From a virus (taxonomy: Duplodnaviria; Caudoviricetes): 64,000 bases of DNA. Below are positions 1-10,029 of the stretch, piece by piece. The first letter of the stretch is position 1. Every line of letters begins with the position of its first letter. The notes beneath the pieces are model-generated. The model was not told where the DNA came from. It searched no databases and worked only from the letters and a program-made list of their open reading frames with translations. A program made the translations under genes and the position numbers. Location: positions 171,560-235,559 of IMG/VR virus record IMGVR_UViG_3300001528_000425; one strand, written 5' to 3'.

Positions 1-190
1 CGTTCAGATTGATGATTGGGTTGTCCGGTCGAGGAGCCATGGAAGGAGGATCGACCATCTGGAAGTTATCCAGCACATGCAGGATCGTCTCCAGTGGCAT
101 CTCCGGAACATCAGCCAACTGTTTTAACTCGTTGAACTGAGAAGCCCTCCAAATCATCTGTCGACGGACAAAGTTTGGGTATCTTATCAT
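1..190 (-). CDS. Partial CDS (5' end), hypothetical, probably late/virion
   Basis: ATG at 190 with AGGAG RBS; frame MIRYPNFVRRQMIWRASQF... is open to the window edge; late-promoter-like motif at 221-234. Confidence 0.65.
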   Translation of the reverse strand, partial: MIRYPNFVRRQMIWRASQFNELKQLADVPEMPLETILHVLDNFQMVDPPSMAPRPDNPIINLN

Positions 191-331
191 GAGATAAACT
201 CCTGAGGTTGAATGTTAAAGCATAAGATGGCGGGTTCCTTTATTCCTATACTTATCTCCCCCATTGTATACAAGTAAAGACGGTGTGTGTCGTTTAGTTC
301 GTCTACTTAATCCTTAACTAAAGGTGAAACA

Positions 332-1420
332 ATGCGATTTATTGTACCTAAGGCCAGCAAGCAAGAGCTTGTTGTCACGGATAGCATGCTTGTTTCCGCC
401 GCGGAAAGTCTCAGCGAAGAGCGGGAGGAACTCACTGCTGCCATCAATGAACATTCCGAGGCTGAACAAAAACTCGAGGCTATCAATGCCACCGCACTCG
501 CCCTGGAAACCATGGGCTACACGGACACTTTCCTGACCATCTACAACCGCGACGGCGTTCTGCTGTCTGAGCTCGGCCTGGTCAATGTGGTCAGTGGATC
601 GATGGAAGGCATGGACGAAGCCAGCAAGGCGGAAGATGCGAAGAAGGTCAAAGAAGGCCTCGATGAAGCCAAAACCAAAGCGGAAGGTGTGCGTTCTAAC
701 GCTGCCAAACGCATGGTCGAAGCCGCGATCACCTTCCTACGGAAGTGGTTCACGACCAACGAGTATCTGGCGAAATCCATCGCCAAGAACACCGAGAAAC
801 TCAGCTCTATGAATGAGAAAGAGTTCGCGGAGATGCCGGCAACGATCTTCTCCGATGATCAGCTGCAAGCCGTCTTCGGTGCCACTGCTCCGGTCATGGC
901 TCTGCTGAAGAAGGTTCTCGAAAAGGGAGTCGCCGCTTACAGCAAGAAGGAAGGCTCTCCGAGTGAAGTCGAGTTCTGGAAATCCATCGGCTGGTCCAAC
1001 AAGATCTCTGCGATCGGCATCACGCTTGGCGATCATGGCATCACCATCGATACTGCCAAACCCAAAGCCACCAAAACCACCTACGGCGAAGCCAGCTGGA
1101 CCAAACCTTTCCTGACCAGTGCTTCCAAAGAAGCGCAGGCGGCTCTCCGCTGGAACCGTAAGGAACTGGCGACGATCATGAAGGCTCTGGACAAAGCTGC
1201 AGTTTCGGCTGTTACTCAAAACAGTGGTGAAACCGATCTCCCGACTCTGTTCAAGATCACTGGCACGGCGATCCGTATCGCCAAACGTCAGTCCACCCTG
1301 CTTTCTTCTGCCGCAACCCAGGTTGATCTCGCGATCCGACGAGCGGCTGGCGTCAGCAGCAAGGAAGCTGAACCGAAGAAGGATGACGAGGCTGCCAAGA
1401 AAGACGAAGCCAAGAAGTAA
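332..1420 (+). CDS. Inner head/ejection protein (phiKZ-type processed head protein)
   Basis: Acidic propeptide-like N-terminus with ALE and SME-G motifs matching the S/A/G-x-E head-protease site; helical, Lys/Ala-rich body. Confidence 0.65.
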   Translation: MRFIVPKASKQELVVTDSMLVSAAESLSEEREELTAAINEHSEAEQKLEAINATALALETMGYTDTFLTIYNRDGVLLSELGLVNVVSGSMEGMDEASKAEDAKKVKEGLDEAKTKAEGVRSNAAKRMVEAAITFLRKWFTTNEYLAKSIAKNTEKLSSMNEKEFAEMPATIFSDDQLQAVFGATAPVMALLKKVLEKGVAAYSKKEGSPSEVEFWKSIGWSNKISAIGITLGDHGITIDTAKPKATKTTYGEASWTKPFLTSASKEAQAALRWNRKELATIMKALDKAAVSAVTQNSGETDLPTLFKITGTAIRIAKRQSTLLSSAATQVDLAIRRAAGVSSKEAEPKKDDEAAKKDEAKK

Positions 1421-1441
1421 CACTTCTTATACACAAAGGAT

Positions 1442-1477
1442 CAGTTAGGGTAGGCGGATATCCGCCTACCCTAACTG
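1442..1477. terminator. Bidirectional palindromic terminator
   Basis: Perfect inverted repeat between convergent genes. Confidence 0.7.
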
Positions 1478-1490
1478 TATCTTATCGTTG

Positions 1491-3944
1491 TTATTTGAGA
1501 TCTTCCGGATCAGGATCTTCTGTCATGTTGTACATGGTAAGAGACACCAAGTCATCGAAAGCAAGTAGAAGCTTGCCACTCGGTGACAGATAGTTATTCA
1601 AAGTCTTGAGATAACCCAAGGCTTCTTCATTGGCTTCCTTACTTAAGATAGGAACCCAGTTGACAGTGTCATAGACGACTACACCTTCGTTAACAACAAA
1701 GACTTTCGTGGATTCCACAAGGAAGTCGTAGACTCTCTGCGGACCGAGAGTAGTGATGTTCTTCGGATAACTCCAGATGATATCCTTATTGTTCAATCGC
1801 TGCCACAGGGGAGTTTCTTTCCCGATATAGTCAGCGTATTGCATCAGTTCATCCCTCTGGATAAATCCTAAAGTCTTGACTCCCGTATAGGTTCTCAGAT
1901 AGTTTTCTTCCTCTACGGTGAGAGGAATAACATCATCTTCCCGATCGTGTACAATGGGAGAGCTCCAATTGTCCGAATCTCCGAATAACGGTTTCCGTTT
2001 GAACACCGGAATCCTTGTGGTTGCGTTCGTATCCTTAGGAGCAATCCGTCGAAGACCTCCAGTATTCTGATCGAATACCGCCAAAGATTCATTGGTAGAA
2101 ACTCCGATCTCACGATTTGCTACCGTACAAGACACAGCTTCGCAATCATCTTCGATTGTCACGCCAGAAATAGGTTCCCAGGAACCTTGGTTGGGACCGG
2201 ATTGATAACTCATGATTTCGCAACCAGGAGCTACATCGAAGACTCTCGCTCCATTTCTGTCGAGTTTGAACGGACCGGTGACCGGAAACTCTTGCATCTG
2301 GATCTCACAGTAGTTCCATCCATCTTTGGTGAGGAACGTCTTATCCTTCAGATTCTTGAGGATCGAATCTTTGTCGAGTTGACTTGCCGAATAATCGGCC
2401 GTCTGCAACTGAGTATACCAAAGATTGGTATATCTCAAGGTTACAGTCGTAGTACCAATAAGGCAGTTCCCATCGAAATCTCCCCCTAACGGCGCAAGTC
2501 GACTTGGGTGTAGAAGCAATGCATCGGTGAACGAACTGTTCAAGATCGGATACTCCGGCATCGTAACTGGTTCAGTTGATCCATTGATCAGTTGAACAAC
2601 TCTGGAAGGTACCGTGGAGATCAGGTGGATCTTCGATACATAGATACTGCCGGCATCCGTTACCGGATATCGAGTTACTGTTCCAGTCTTACCGATCGAA
2701 GACATCCAAGTTGCGATATACAAGATCTCGCAATAGGTGATCGGTCGGAGTCTGGAAGGATCATACAGCAGGTTCATCTTCTCCAACTGTTGTTTCAGGG
2801 AGTTGACATCACGTACAAGGATGATCTGTTGATCCAAGTCATAGATCATGAACATGTAGTAATGTTTCTTATTCTCTGTCTCAACTGTGAGAGGACGGAA
2901 CCTGAAATCAGCATCCTGAAACAAATCGATCATCTTGACAATACCTTCACTGGAGAGTAATCGGTCTTTCTCGGATTCAGTGATCGGCTGATATTCCAGC
3001 TGAAGGGTTTGCGGATTGATCAAACTCACTTGATCAGAACTGGCACTCAAGACAGTACTGAAGAAGAACTGTTTCAGGTTGTAAATGACCAGAGGTTGTA
3101 AGGCTTTGGCTGCTTGAAACAGAGGAACTTTGGTCTCATCGACTTTATGGTACTGCGGATCTTTGGGATCTTTAGCAGCCATAATGGAAGATGCGATCAC
3201 GTTACGAGTTCCAAGAGCAAGTGCACGTGCACCGTACTTCGATTCCAGGAACCCTTTCTTCCCGGTCATCATACTGAGGATGTGAAGATAGATTTCATTC
3301 ACTTTCCTCTGGATCGCGTAATGCACACTGTCGTAGATCGGACGTTGCCAGGCCGAAGGCGGCATAGCCTTACAATTGTTCATCAACGACATGTAAAGGT
3401 TGTTGACAACATCTTTCTCTTGTTTCCCATCGGTGATCCGAATGTCTCGGATACCAGCAGGGAGAACCAGGAATTTGTCGATCAGCAGCCGATCTGGGAA
3501 TTGCAGGATCAGATCGATCTTGTCTTCCCGTTTAAGAGAGGCGTTCTTTCGCCAATTGATTTCTGGGAAGTGAGTGAGGAAGAAAGTGAATCCAGTGTCA
3601 GCTTCTGGATCATCTTCCGAAGCATGGTCGAAGTCACCGAGTTCCTTGTTCCAGGTAGCATATGACTTACCAGACATAATGTCAACATAGAAAGATTTCA
3701 GTGCTTTCAGGTTCTGGAAAATAAGCGGATGAAAGACTTTACAGTTCAGGTTGATCCAGCCGAAGCGAATCAATCGAGCGTTGGTTCCGATCTGTCCGAA
3801 GATCTCCTCAGAGAATAAACCCTGAGGATGGAACATGTTACTGGAAGGCTCACGGATCAGCGGAGAAGTGACCTCAAGCATGTTGTACTTGGCGATCTCT
3901 TTCTCCACATCCATGAGCGAAAGATTAAATGGATCTCTTGCCAT
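1491..3944 (-). CDS. Virion RNA polymerase beta' subunit (phiKZ gp180-like), intein-containing
   Basis: GLFSEEIFG, VLPAGIRD, GKKGFL, TRYP and GGDFDG motifs; start MARDPFNL has a GGAG RBS. Confidence 0.9.
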   Translation of the reverse strand: MARDPFNLSLMDVEKEIAKYNMLEVTSPLIREPSSNMFHPQGLFSEEIFGQIGTNARLIRFGWINLNCKVFHPLIFQNLKALKSFYVDIMSGKSYATWNKELGDFDHASEDDPEADTGFTFFLTHFPEINWRKNASLKREDKIDLILQFPDRLLIDKFLVLPAGIRDIRITDGKQEKDVVNNLYMSLMNNCKAMPPSAWQRPIYDSVHYAIQRKVNEIYLHILSMMTGKKGFLESKYGARALALGTRNVIASSIMAAKDPKDPQYHKVDETKVPLFQAAKALQPLVIYNLKQFFFSTVLSASSDQVSLINPQTLQLEYQPITESEKDRLLSSEGIVKMIDLFQDADFRFRPLTVETENKKHYYMFMIYDLDQQIILVRDVNSLKQQLEKMNLLYDPSRLRPITYCEILYIATWMSSIGKTGTVTRYPVTDAGSIYVSKIHLISTVPSRVVQLINGSTEPVTMPEYPILNSSFTDALLLHPSRLAPLGGDFDGNCLIGTTTVTLRYTNLWYTQLQTADYSASQLDKDSILKNLKDKTFLTKDGWNYCEIQMQEFPVTGPFKLDRNGARVFDVAPGCEIMSYQSGPNQGSWEPISGVTIEDDCEAVSCTVANREIGVSTNESLAVFDQNTGGLRRIAPKDTNATTRIPVFKRKPLFGDSDNWSSPIVHDREDDVIPLTVEEENYLRTYTGVKTLGFIQRDELMQYADYIGKETPLWQRLNNKDIIWSYPKNITTLGPQRVYDFLVESTKVFVVNEGVVVYDTVNWVPILSKEANEEALGYLKTLNNYLSPSGKLLLAFDDLVSLTMYNMTEDPDPEDLK
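1668..2465 (-). mobile_element. Mini-intein (266 aa, no evident endonuclease) in the vRNAP beta' catalytic motif
   Basis: Block A CLIGTTTV follows DFDGN; blocks F/G VYDFLVESTKVFVVNEGVVVYD are followed by Thr+1 (TVNW). Confidence 0.85.
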
Positions 3945-4061
3945 AGAGCACTCCAATGTTATTTATTTAAGCAGTTTGTATAAGATGGCGTGTTCCTGTA
4001 TCTGACCATTCTATGCAGATTTTACTACTACTGTAACGCCCCTTATAAGGAGATTATAACA

Positions 4062-5453
4062 ATGCTTTACGCCTTTATCAACGACACTGCGGCATGGAGA
4101 CGTGCTACTGGTTTGTCGGAGCTGGTCAATTATGACCAAGGAGCGATGTTCCTCGATGAACAGATGGTGAACTACTTCAACGTTCCCGTCAAGATCGGCG
4201 ATACACGCAAACAGCGTCTGGCGATCTCCGTGGACACTTCTTCCGGTGAATCGGTGAGCGGTGTTCCGGATGGCATGATGCATCTGATGTTGGACAAAGA
4301 CAAACTCGGTGGAGTTGATTTCAATTCCGTTACGGCCAACGAATACGGTCAGTTGTTCAACATCATCGAATTGTGTTTTACTTCTCAGAATCGTACAGCG
4401 GCTTACCTCAACGCCCAGATGGAATCCAACTCCATCTACGGCGTTTACATGGTTGGCTCTCTGAAGATCTCAGGGTCGTATGTGACTCTGGACAACTACT
4501 ATCTTCAGAACAACTTGATCGCTCGTCCGATGATCCGTTCGTGGATCGAATTCCGAGTTGCTCTGGCAGGTCAAGTTGTGGACTTCCACATCTGGGCGGA
4601 ACGAGATCAATTCCGCGCCGACTACCCGTTCACCACGATGACCGCTGTGGTGTATCCGTGCGAACCGGCACAGATCCTGACCCTGAACGATATGGAGAAC
4701 GTCGCCAAGATGCTGCAGGAAGGATCACTGACCTCCACAGCGATCACCGCTACCGAGATGGCAGCTGATGACCACTCCGGTATGTATCGGTTCAAATGCA
4801 AATATAACAACTCAATCCTCGGGATCGGAAGATACTCTTTCTATTTCGGTGTGATGTATAAAGGTCGTGCGCCTTCTCGTGAAGAAGCGCGACAGTTCAT
4901 CAAGACCGATCTGCTCGAGAAAACCAATACCACTGAAGATATCTGGATCGATGTTCTTCCGGACCTGTTCGCCAGAGCTTCGTTCATGTTGGTTCCGATC
5001 TGGGGTAACTACTCCAGGAACGAGGCCAATGAGACGATCAAGTTCGGTGTTTATGATGCTCAGGTTTTTGCCAAGGCATTGAAAGCAACTTATCCGGATT
5101 ACAATCAATCCAACATCGACGAGTATGCGGAAGTGCTGACAGTGGCATCTTCCGATATTCTGGTTGCTGCGATCCCGGGTACGGACAATGATGCTGCTAA
5201 CAAACAGCTGTCCGCTATTCATCCGACTTACATGGGTGTCTCTAACGACGATCCTCTGTTCAGCAAACAATCCACCATCACTCAGCAGTTCAGTGAACAA
5301 CTGAACGATACGATGGGAACATTGATTGCTGCTGGCAGTAGCAACGTCGTAGATGCGGATGTCGTATACGGATTACGGCATCTCTCGTTCTCGGTCAATG
5401 GTGTCGATTACCACGTGCTGATCAAGGCTGATTATCCGCTCAGTGGCATTTAA
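4062..5453 (+). CDS. Putative virion structural (baseplate/tail) protein
   Basis: Long ORF with AAGGAG RBS before ATG 4062; co-oriented with structural genes. Confidence 0.6.
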   Translation: MLYAFINDTAAWRRATGLSELVNYDQGAMFLDEQMVNYFNVPVKIGDTRKQRLAISVDTSSGESVSGVPDGMMHLMLDKDKLGGVDFNSVTANEYGQLFNIIELCFTSQNRTAAYLNAQMESNSIYGVYMVGSLKISGSYVTLDNYYLQNNLIARPMIRSWIEFRVALAGQVVDFHIWAERDQFRADYPFTTMTAVVYPCEPAQILTLNDMENVAKMLQEGSLTSTAITATEMAADDHSGMYRFKCKYNNSILGIGRYSFYFGVMYKGRAPSREEARQFIKTDLLEKTNTTEDIWIDVLPDLFARASFMLVPIWGNYSRNEANETIKFGVYDAQVFAKALKATYPDYNQSNIDEYAEVLTVASSDILVAAIPGTDNDAANKQLSAIHPTYMGVSNDDPLFSKQSTITQQFSEQLNDTMGTLIAAGSSNVVDADVVYGLRHLSFSVNGVDYHVLIKADYPLSGI

Positions 5454-5464
5454 GGAGAAGTTCC

Positions 5465-6379
5465 ATGCAACAACTTAAACTCGGAAGTACCTATCGGGTA
5501 ACATTCAAACCTGAGTTTGCCATACATGGATACCAGAAAGCCACGGAAGAGAATTCGGAACCAACTTTCCTACATGAAGGAAAGGGTGTAGCCAGAATCG
5601 AAGCGATGATGTCGTTCAACGATCTGGTGAAATCTGGTATCAACTTGTATGAGTCATTCTTCAAACCGTGTGGGATCACCGAGGAACAATACCTGCGATA
5701 TTTTGATGGGAAACCCGACGATATCGCAGGTGGTACGGTAGAGGATGAAGAAGGCAATGTGGTGAATATCACGGAACGTGTCTTCTCTTCCGTTAACTAT
5801 TCCAACTACCCCATTTACAAATTCGTGGATGCGATCGACTCCACCGATACGTATTACGTTCCTCAAGAGGCTATGGCCTCGTTCCCTGAAGTGGATATCA
5901 ATCCATATCTGAAGTTGATGATGACTGTTGACTTCGGTGCGTGGGCTGATGTGTCCCAACTTCAGAACATCGAGAAAGTGATCGCCGATAACCTGAACCT
6001 CTTCGGTCTCAAAACCGCAGACGTTCGCATGATGGTCTATGACACGGTTTTCATGACTACCAAAGAGTATGAAGAGATGGATGCTGAACGGAAACCGGAA
6101 GGTTCCGTTGTCGTGGAACTTACCACGGAGAACATCTCTCTCTACGTCAACACGAGATACATCCTCAGCAAAGACGGTACTCTCACGAAACTAACGGATG
6201 CCAATCAATCCGAGTACATCGGAAAGACGGTTACGTTGGTTTCGCTCAACTCTTCGTTTGCTACCAACTATTTCCTTCGTTGGAAACTTGCTGAGCAAGA
6301 ACTGTTGGAAACACAAGCGCGCTGTCAAGCTCTTGAAGAACTGGTGATCCAGTTGTCCAAAGGCGAGCAGAACCCGTAA
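5465..6379 (+). CDS. Putative virion structural protein with C-terminal coiled coil
   Basis: AAGGAG RBS; operon context. Confidence 0.55.
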   Translation: MQQLKLGSTYRVTFKPEFAIHGYQKATEENSEPTFLHEGKGVARIEAMMSFNDLVKSGINLYESFFKPCGITEEQYLRYFDGKPDDIAGGTVEDEEGNVVNITERVFSSVNYSNYPIYKFVDAIDSTDTYYVPQEAMASFPEVDINPYLKLMMTVDFGAWADVSQLQNIEKVIADNLNLFGLKTADVRMMVYDTVFMTTKEYEEMDAERKPEGSVVVELTTENISLYVNTRYILSKDGTLTKLTDANQSEYIGKTVTLVSLNSSFATNYFLRWKLAEQELLETQARCQALEELVIQLSKGEQNP

Positions 6380-6407
6380 TCGTTCTACTTAAACAAGGAA
6401 TCTACCT

Positions 6408-8552
6408 ATGTCCCTTTCGTACGACCTTACCGGGAGAGATCCGAACTTTAAGAGGACGGATGCCCGGTTCGCGGTATTTATGGAAGAGCAGGTGATCAGC
6501 TTCGATGAACCCGTATACGTGGAAAGCATCGTGGTTCGCCACTTGCTCGGTGGAAATACCACCGAACTGACCGCTGACATCGATTGGCTTATAACCAAGA
6601 ATAGTTACGACTACGATGCCATTAGTCAAGCCAAGGTGATGGATGCAGCGTTCACCAGAACGCTGGTGAAGAACATCGTCTTGAAGATATTCAGAACAGG
6701 AGAAACGGAATCACAGGTGTCTGTTGACTATCAAAGATTCCAAAAATCCTACGTGGCCGAATATGATCCAGATGGTGATGGACCGGCATACAGTCCTTCT
6801 CTGATGAAGGACATGCTTGATCGAATCACTCAACTGGAAGCGATCAAGAACCCTGTCAACGATCTGGTAACAGACGACCTGAATAAGGTCACGTTCCTTG
6901 AAGTTGACAAAACTGGATTAGCTACTGCCAACTACGTGTTGGACGAACTGCAATCGATCAATGTTCCTGCTGGTCAGCCTTTCCTGCGACCCGCATATGG
7001 CTCGTTCTATGCTCACGATGTTGTGGTGAAATCGGTTGTCACTCGATCCATCCCTATCTCCAAAGTAAAAGCAACTGGCTTCTACGATGTATATCGGACT
7101 GGTACGGTTGGATCTGGTTATCCGCTGCTCACCAGAGCACAACAGATGTCGGAACAAGGAGTCGCGTTGTCAGGAGACGGAACTCGTATCCGTAACACGA
7201 GTGAAATCAACTCTCCGATCAAAGATGTGGCCACCGGAAGGTTGTTGATCACTTCTGCCGATATCGCTGCTGGGTTGGTGGCGGTATATGAAGAAGAGAC
7301 GATGTTGACTCAAGGAGAGGACTACAACGTCTCCTATGCGAACTTGTCCAAGACCAGGCAATCCACTCATCCGAGTGGAGTGTATGAAGTCATCTACTTC
7401 CTTGCACCTTTGGTTGGTAACGTCAAGGTATCGTACCACGCTTATGGCGGAACAGTTTCTCCGTTCGATGTCACCAAGTTGCAGAGTGCACTGATCGACA
7501 TCATCACTGTTCTTCAGAACAATGGATACCTGACCCCAGAAGATGTGGATAAACTTACTGTCATCCAGACGATCATCAAACGTCTGGACAAGATGGAGGA
7601 GTTCCACCGTCATTTCTTGCAGATCGAACGAAATGTTGCTGTAGTTGACGAGAATCGGCACTGGTATCCGATCGCGTTCATCTACGATGACAGGTGGTCC
7701 GGTATCGATGATGGGACAGATGACATCGGACAATTCCGTGTGGAATCGTTGGAACGAGAATGGGTGTACGACTTTGTTGTAACCGCCAATCTCTCTGCGA
7801 TCGGACACCGGAAGTTCATGCTCGACACGATGAAATCATGTGATCCTAACTACGTCTTCTCTCAGAACGACTATCGAGGAGCGTGCAATGGAGATATGAT
7901 CCAAGCACGTTTGGTCTGGGTGGGTGATGGAAAGTCCAGTGGAGTTGTTCTCCAGCTTGGTATCAAATACGATAAATTGGTTGGCAAGAAAGACGTCGAT
8001 CTCCTTGTTGTTACCAATAAGTCTGGTGGTGCCAGTCGCTGGAGATTGAGCGAGCCTTCGCTTAATGTAGTCCAACCACAGGATACGCAAGTCACTATGC
8101 CTGGACGAGTTACTGTATGGAACTCTGGTTCTGTGAACCACAACTCCATCATCAAGACACTTGAACCTCCCAATGGTCTCCTGCTCTATGCTGGTTCTAT
8201 GGCCATGCGTCCGTTCGGTACTCCGGCTCAACTGCCGTTGTTCAGTGAAGACATCACGGCTGATTTCCAGCCATGGCATGTCAAGGAACTGGAATTTGCA
8301 TTCTTCGATCGCAAGGATGGGGAGTGGGTATATGCTCGACAAGCTGTTCACCTTGACAACTTCGATGGGTTAGGATCTACCGACTCAGAATCCGGGAACG
8401 AACTTGTGTTCTTCTTCCCTGATCTCTGTGGTATCCGTTACCGTATGCTGCAACTGAATGGATTTGTCTTCTTTGTGGAAGCATGTCTTGGTTCCAGCAG
8501 CTTCTTCAACGATCGATTTGATTTGCGTCAAGTCGTGGCTCATCTCAACTAA
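6408..8552 (+). CDS. Baseplate/virion structural protein (phiKZ-family DxTG...PxxGSFY type)
   Basis: DLTG at the N-terminus and DKTGLATANYVLDE...RPAYGSFY, as in phiKZ-like baseplate proteins. Confidence 0.6.
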   Translation: MSLSYDLTGRDPNFKRTDARFAVFMEEQVISFDEPVYVESIVVRHLLGGNTTELTADIDWLITKNSYDYDAISQAKVMDAAFTRTLVKNIVLKIFRTGETESQVSVDYQRFQKSYVAEYDPDGDGPAYSPSLMKDMLDRITQLEAIKNPVNDLVTDDLNKVTFLEVDKTGLATANYVLDELQSINVPAGQPFLRPAYGSFYAHDVVVKSVVTRSIPISKVKATGFYDVYRTGTVGSGYPLLTRAQQMSEQGVALSGDGTRIRNTSEINSPIKDVATGRLLITSADIAAGLVAVYEEETMLTQGEDYNVSYANLSKTRQSTHPSGVYEVIYFLAPLVGNVKVSYHAYGGTVSPFDVTKLQSALIDIITVLQNNGYLTPEDVDKLTVIQTIIKRLDKMEEFHRHFLQIERNVAVVDENRHWYPIAFIYDDRWSGIDDGTDDIGQFRVESLEREWVYDFVVTANLSAIGHRKFMLDTMKSCDPNYVFSQNDYRGACNGDMIQARLVWVGDGKSSGVVLQLGIKYDKLVGKKDVDLLVVTNKSGGASRWRLSEPSLNVVQPQDTQVTMPGRVTVWNSGSVNHNSIIKTLEPPNGLLLYAGSMAMRPFGTPAQLPLFSEDITADFQPWHVKELEFAFFDRKDGEWVYARQAVHLDNFDGLGSTDSESGNELVFFFPDLCGIRYRMLQLNGFVFFVEACLGSSSFFNDRFDLRQVVAHLN

Positions 8553-8564
8553 GGAGGAATTGAA

Positions 8565-8903
8565 ATGGTCTATGCTGTGATCAGATATGATTCCGTTTCA
8601 AGGAATATCCTTGGTGTCGGGATCAGATACGTGCGGAGTGGCATTGCACAAGGAGCTGGTGAACTCTGTCTCCGGTGTGACAACGAAGAGAACGGATTGC
8701 CTGACGGCATGTCGATTGAATCGTTCATGAACAACTTTCACCACTGGATGGTTACTACCGATGGAGGTGGTCTGATTAAAGTCAGTGAAACTTCTCCTGG
8801 TGGAAGAACTTACACGAATGCCGAATGGAATGCATTGACATACAGTCATCTTCCGTTGGCATATCGTAGAGCGAATGAGATCAAGAACTTCAAATTCGTT
8901 TAA
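8565..8903 (+). CDS. Hypothetical protein
   Basis: AAGGAGG RBS; last gene before a hairpin. Confidence 0.7.
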   Translation: MVYAVIRYDSVSRNILGVGIRYVRSGIAQGAGELCLRCDNEENGLPDGMSIESFMNNFHHWMVTTDGGGLIKVSETSPGGRTYTNAEWNALTYSHLPLAYRRANEIKNFKFV

Positions 8904-8916
8904 CAACTCAAAATAC

Positions 8917-8953
8917 CCTAGAGGGAAGGAGCGTAGTGCTCCTTCCCTCTAGG
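8917..8953. terminator. Bidirectional palindromic terminator
   Basis: 16-bp inverted repeat between convergent genes. Confidence 0.7.
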
Positions 8954-8965
8954 TGATATTTGTCT

Positions 8966-10006
8966 TTATTTTTTGGTTTCGTCTTTCTCAGTGGGAGGAC
9001 GCCAGTCTCTTGCCGCGTTGCAGACGAACAACAACGCACGTGCAACCGCTCCATTATTCACAGAGGATTTGCGAAGAACTGATCGGAAGAAATCCGCTTC
9101 CTTCTTGATAGATCTGGCCAAATCTTGATCACCGTCACTCTGAGCAGCTTGTTTGGCGGTGTTCATCTTCTTGAGAACTTCGTTCATCGCCCGATTCATT
9201 GTCTGATCGTCTTTCAACATACCGATTGTGGTTTCACAGTATGTCTGAAGGTCTCCCAGTTTCCATTGTGCTACACCGAGTTTGAACACTCGACGTTCGG
9301 GACCACGATTGGAAGAATGAACTCCGTCAGCAGTGATCGTCTGTCCAAAGTAGGCAAAGCTCTTCTCCAGGACATTGATGTGCTTCTTGACATAGTCTCC
9401 TTGATCCTGGTTCAGATCGGAGTAAGTCTCCGTAACGGAGATAGCTGCAGCTTGCAGTTCACGCCACACCAGATTGTGATAGGTGTTGACTGAAAGCTGG
9501 GCAAAGATGTTCTGATCCCCACGACAGTAGATGTTGATACTGTTCTGAAGCATCGCCGCATGCTTCTGCAGCTGGAATCGATACCGTCGGTTATGGACGA
9601 TATAATCCATCATGAACTCTTTGAATGCTTCCATCAGCTGAGTCAGGATACGAATGAAGTCTTCTTTCCATCCTTCCATGCTCGCTTCTGCTTTCTGCAG
9701 ATAGAGATCACGGAGCTCCGGATTGTACGATTCCATTGTAACGATTTCGAGTGGTTGACCGATAAGAGATTCCATCTCTCCGTTGTAGTCGAAAGCACTC
9801 AAAAAGGCCGTATCAACCCGGTAGCCTTCGACTGCCTTTTTAAAGGCTAAAACTCGGTCATACTTAAGCAATTGGCTGTCCAAATCAGCCATAATTGCAT
9901 CACACTTCTGAATGGCCAAAATTTGATCGAACTCAGATTGAGTCAAATCAGCATCGGCACTCTCAAGTGTTGGTCCAACCGGATGACCCGGCATGGTGTA
10001 CTTCAT
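8966..10006 (-). CDS. Inner head protein (processed)
   Basis: Start reassigned to MKYTM (GGAG RBS); TLE, TME and ASME-G maturation-like motifs. Confidence 0.6.
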   Translation of the reverse strand: MKYTMPGHPVGPTLESADADLTQSEFDQILAIQKCDAIMADLDSQLLKYDRVLAFKKAVEGYRVDTAFLSAFDYNGEMESLIGQPLEIVTMESYNPELRDLYLQKAEASMEGWKEDFIRILTQLMEAFKEFMMDYIVHNRRYRFQLQKHAAMLQNSINIYCRGDQNIFAQLSVNTYHNLVWRELQAAAISVTETYSDLNQDQGDYVKKHINVLEKSFAYFGQTITADGVHSSNRGPERRVFKLGVAQWKLGDLQTYCETTIGMLKDDQTMNRAMNEVLKKMNTAKQAAQSDGDQDLARSIKKEADFFRSVLRKSSVNNGAVARALLFVCNAARDWRPPTEKDETKK

Positions 10007-10029
10007 GTTACATATCTCCAAGTTTATAC

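Noticed and set aside
1668-2465. RNA intron instead of an intein in vRNAP beta'
   Set aside because: No group I/II core elements seen; the frame is open with clear intein blocks A, F and G
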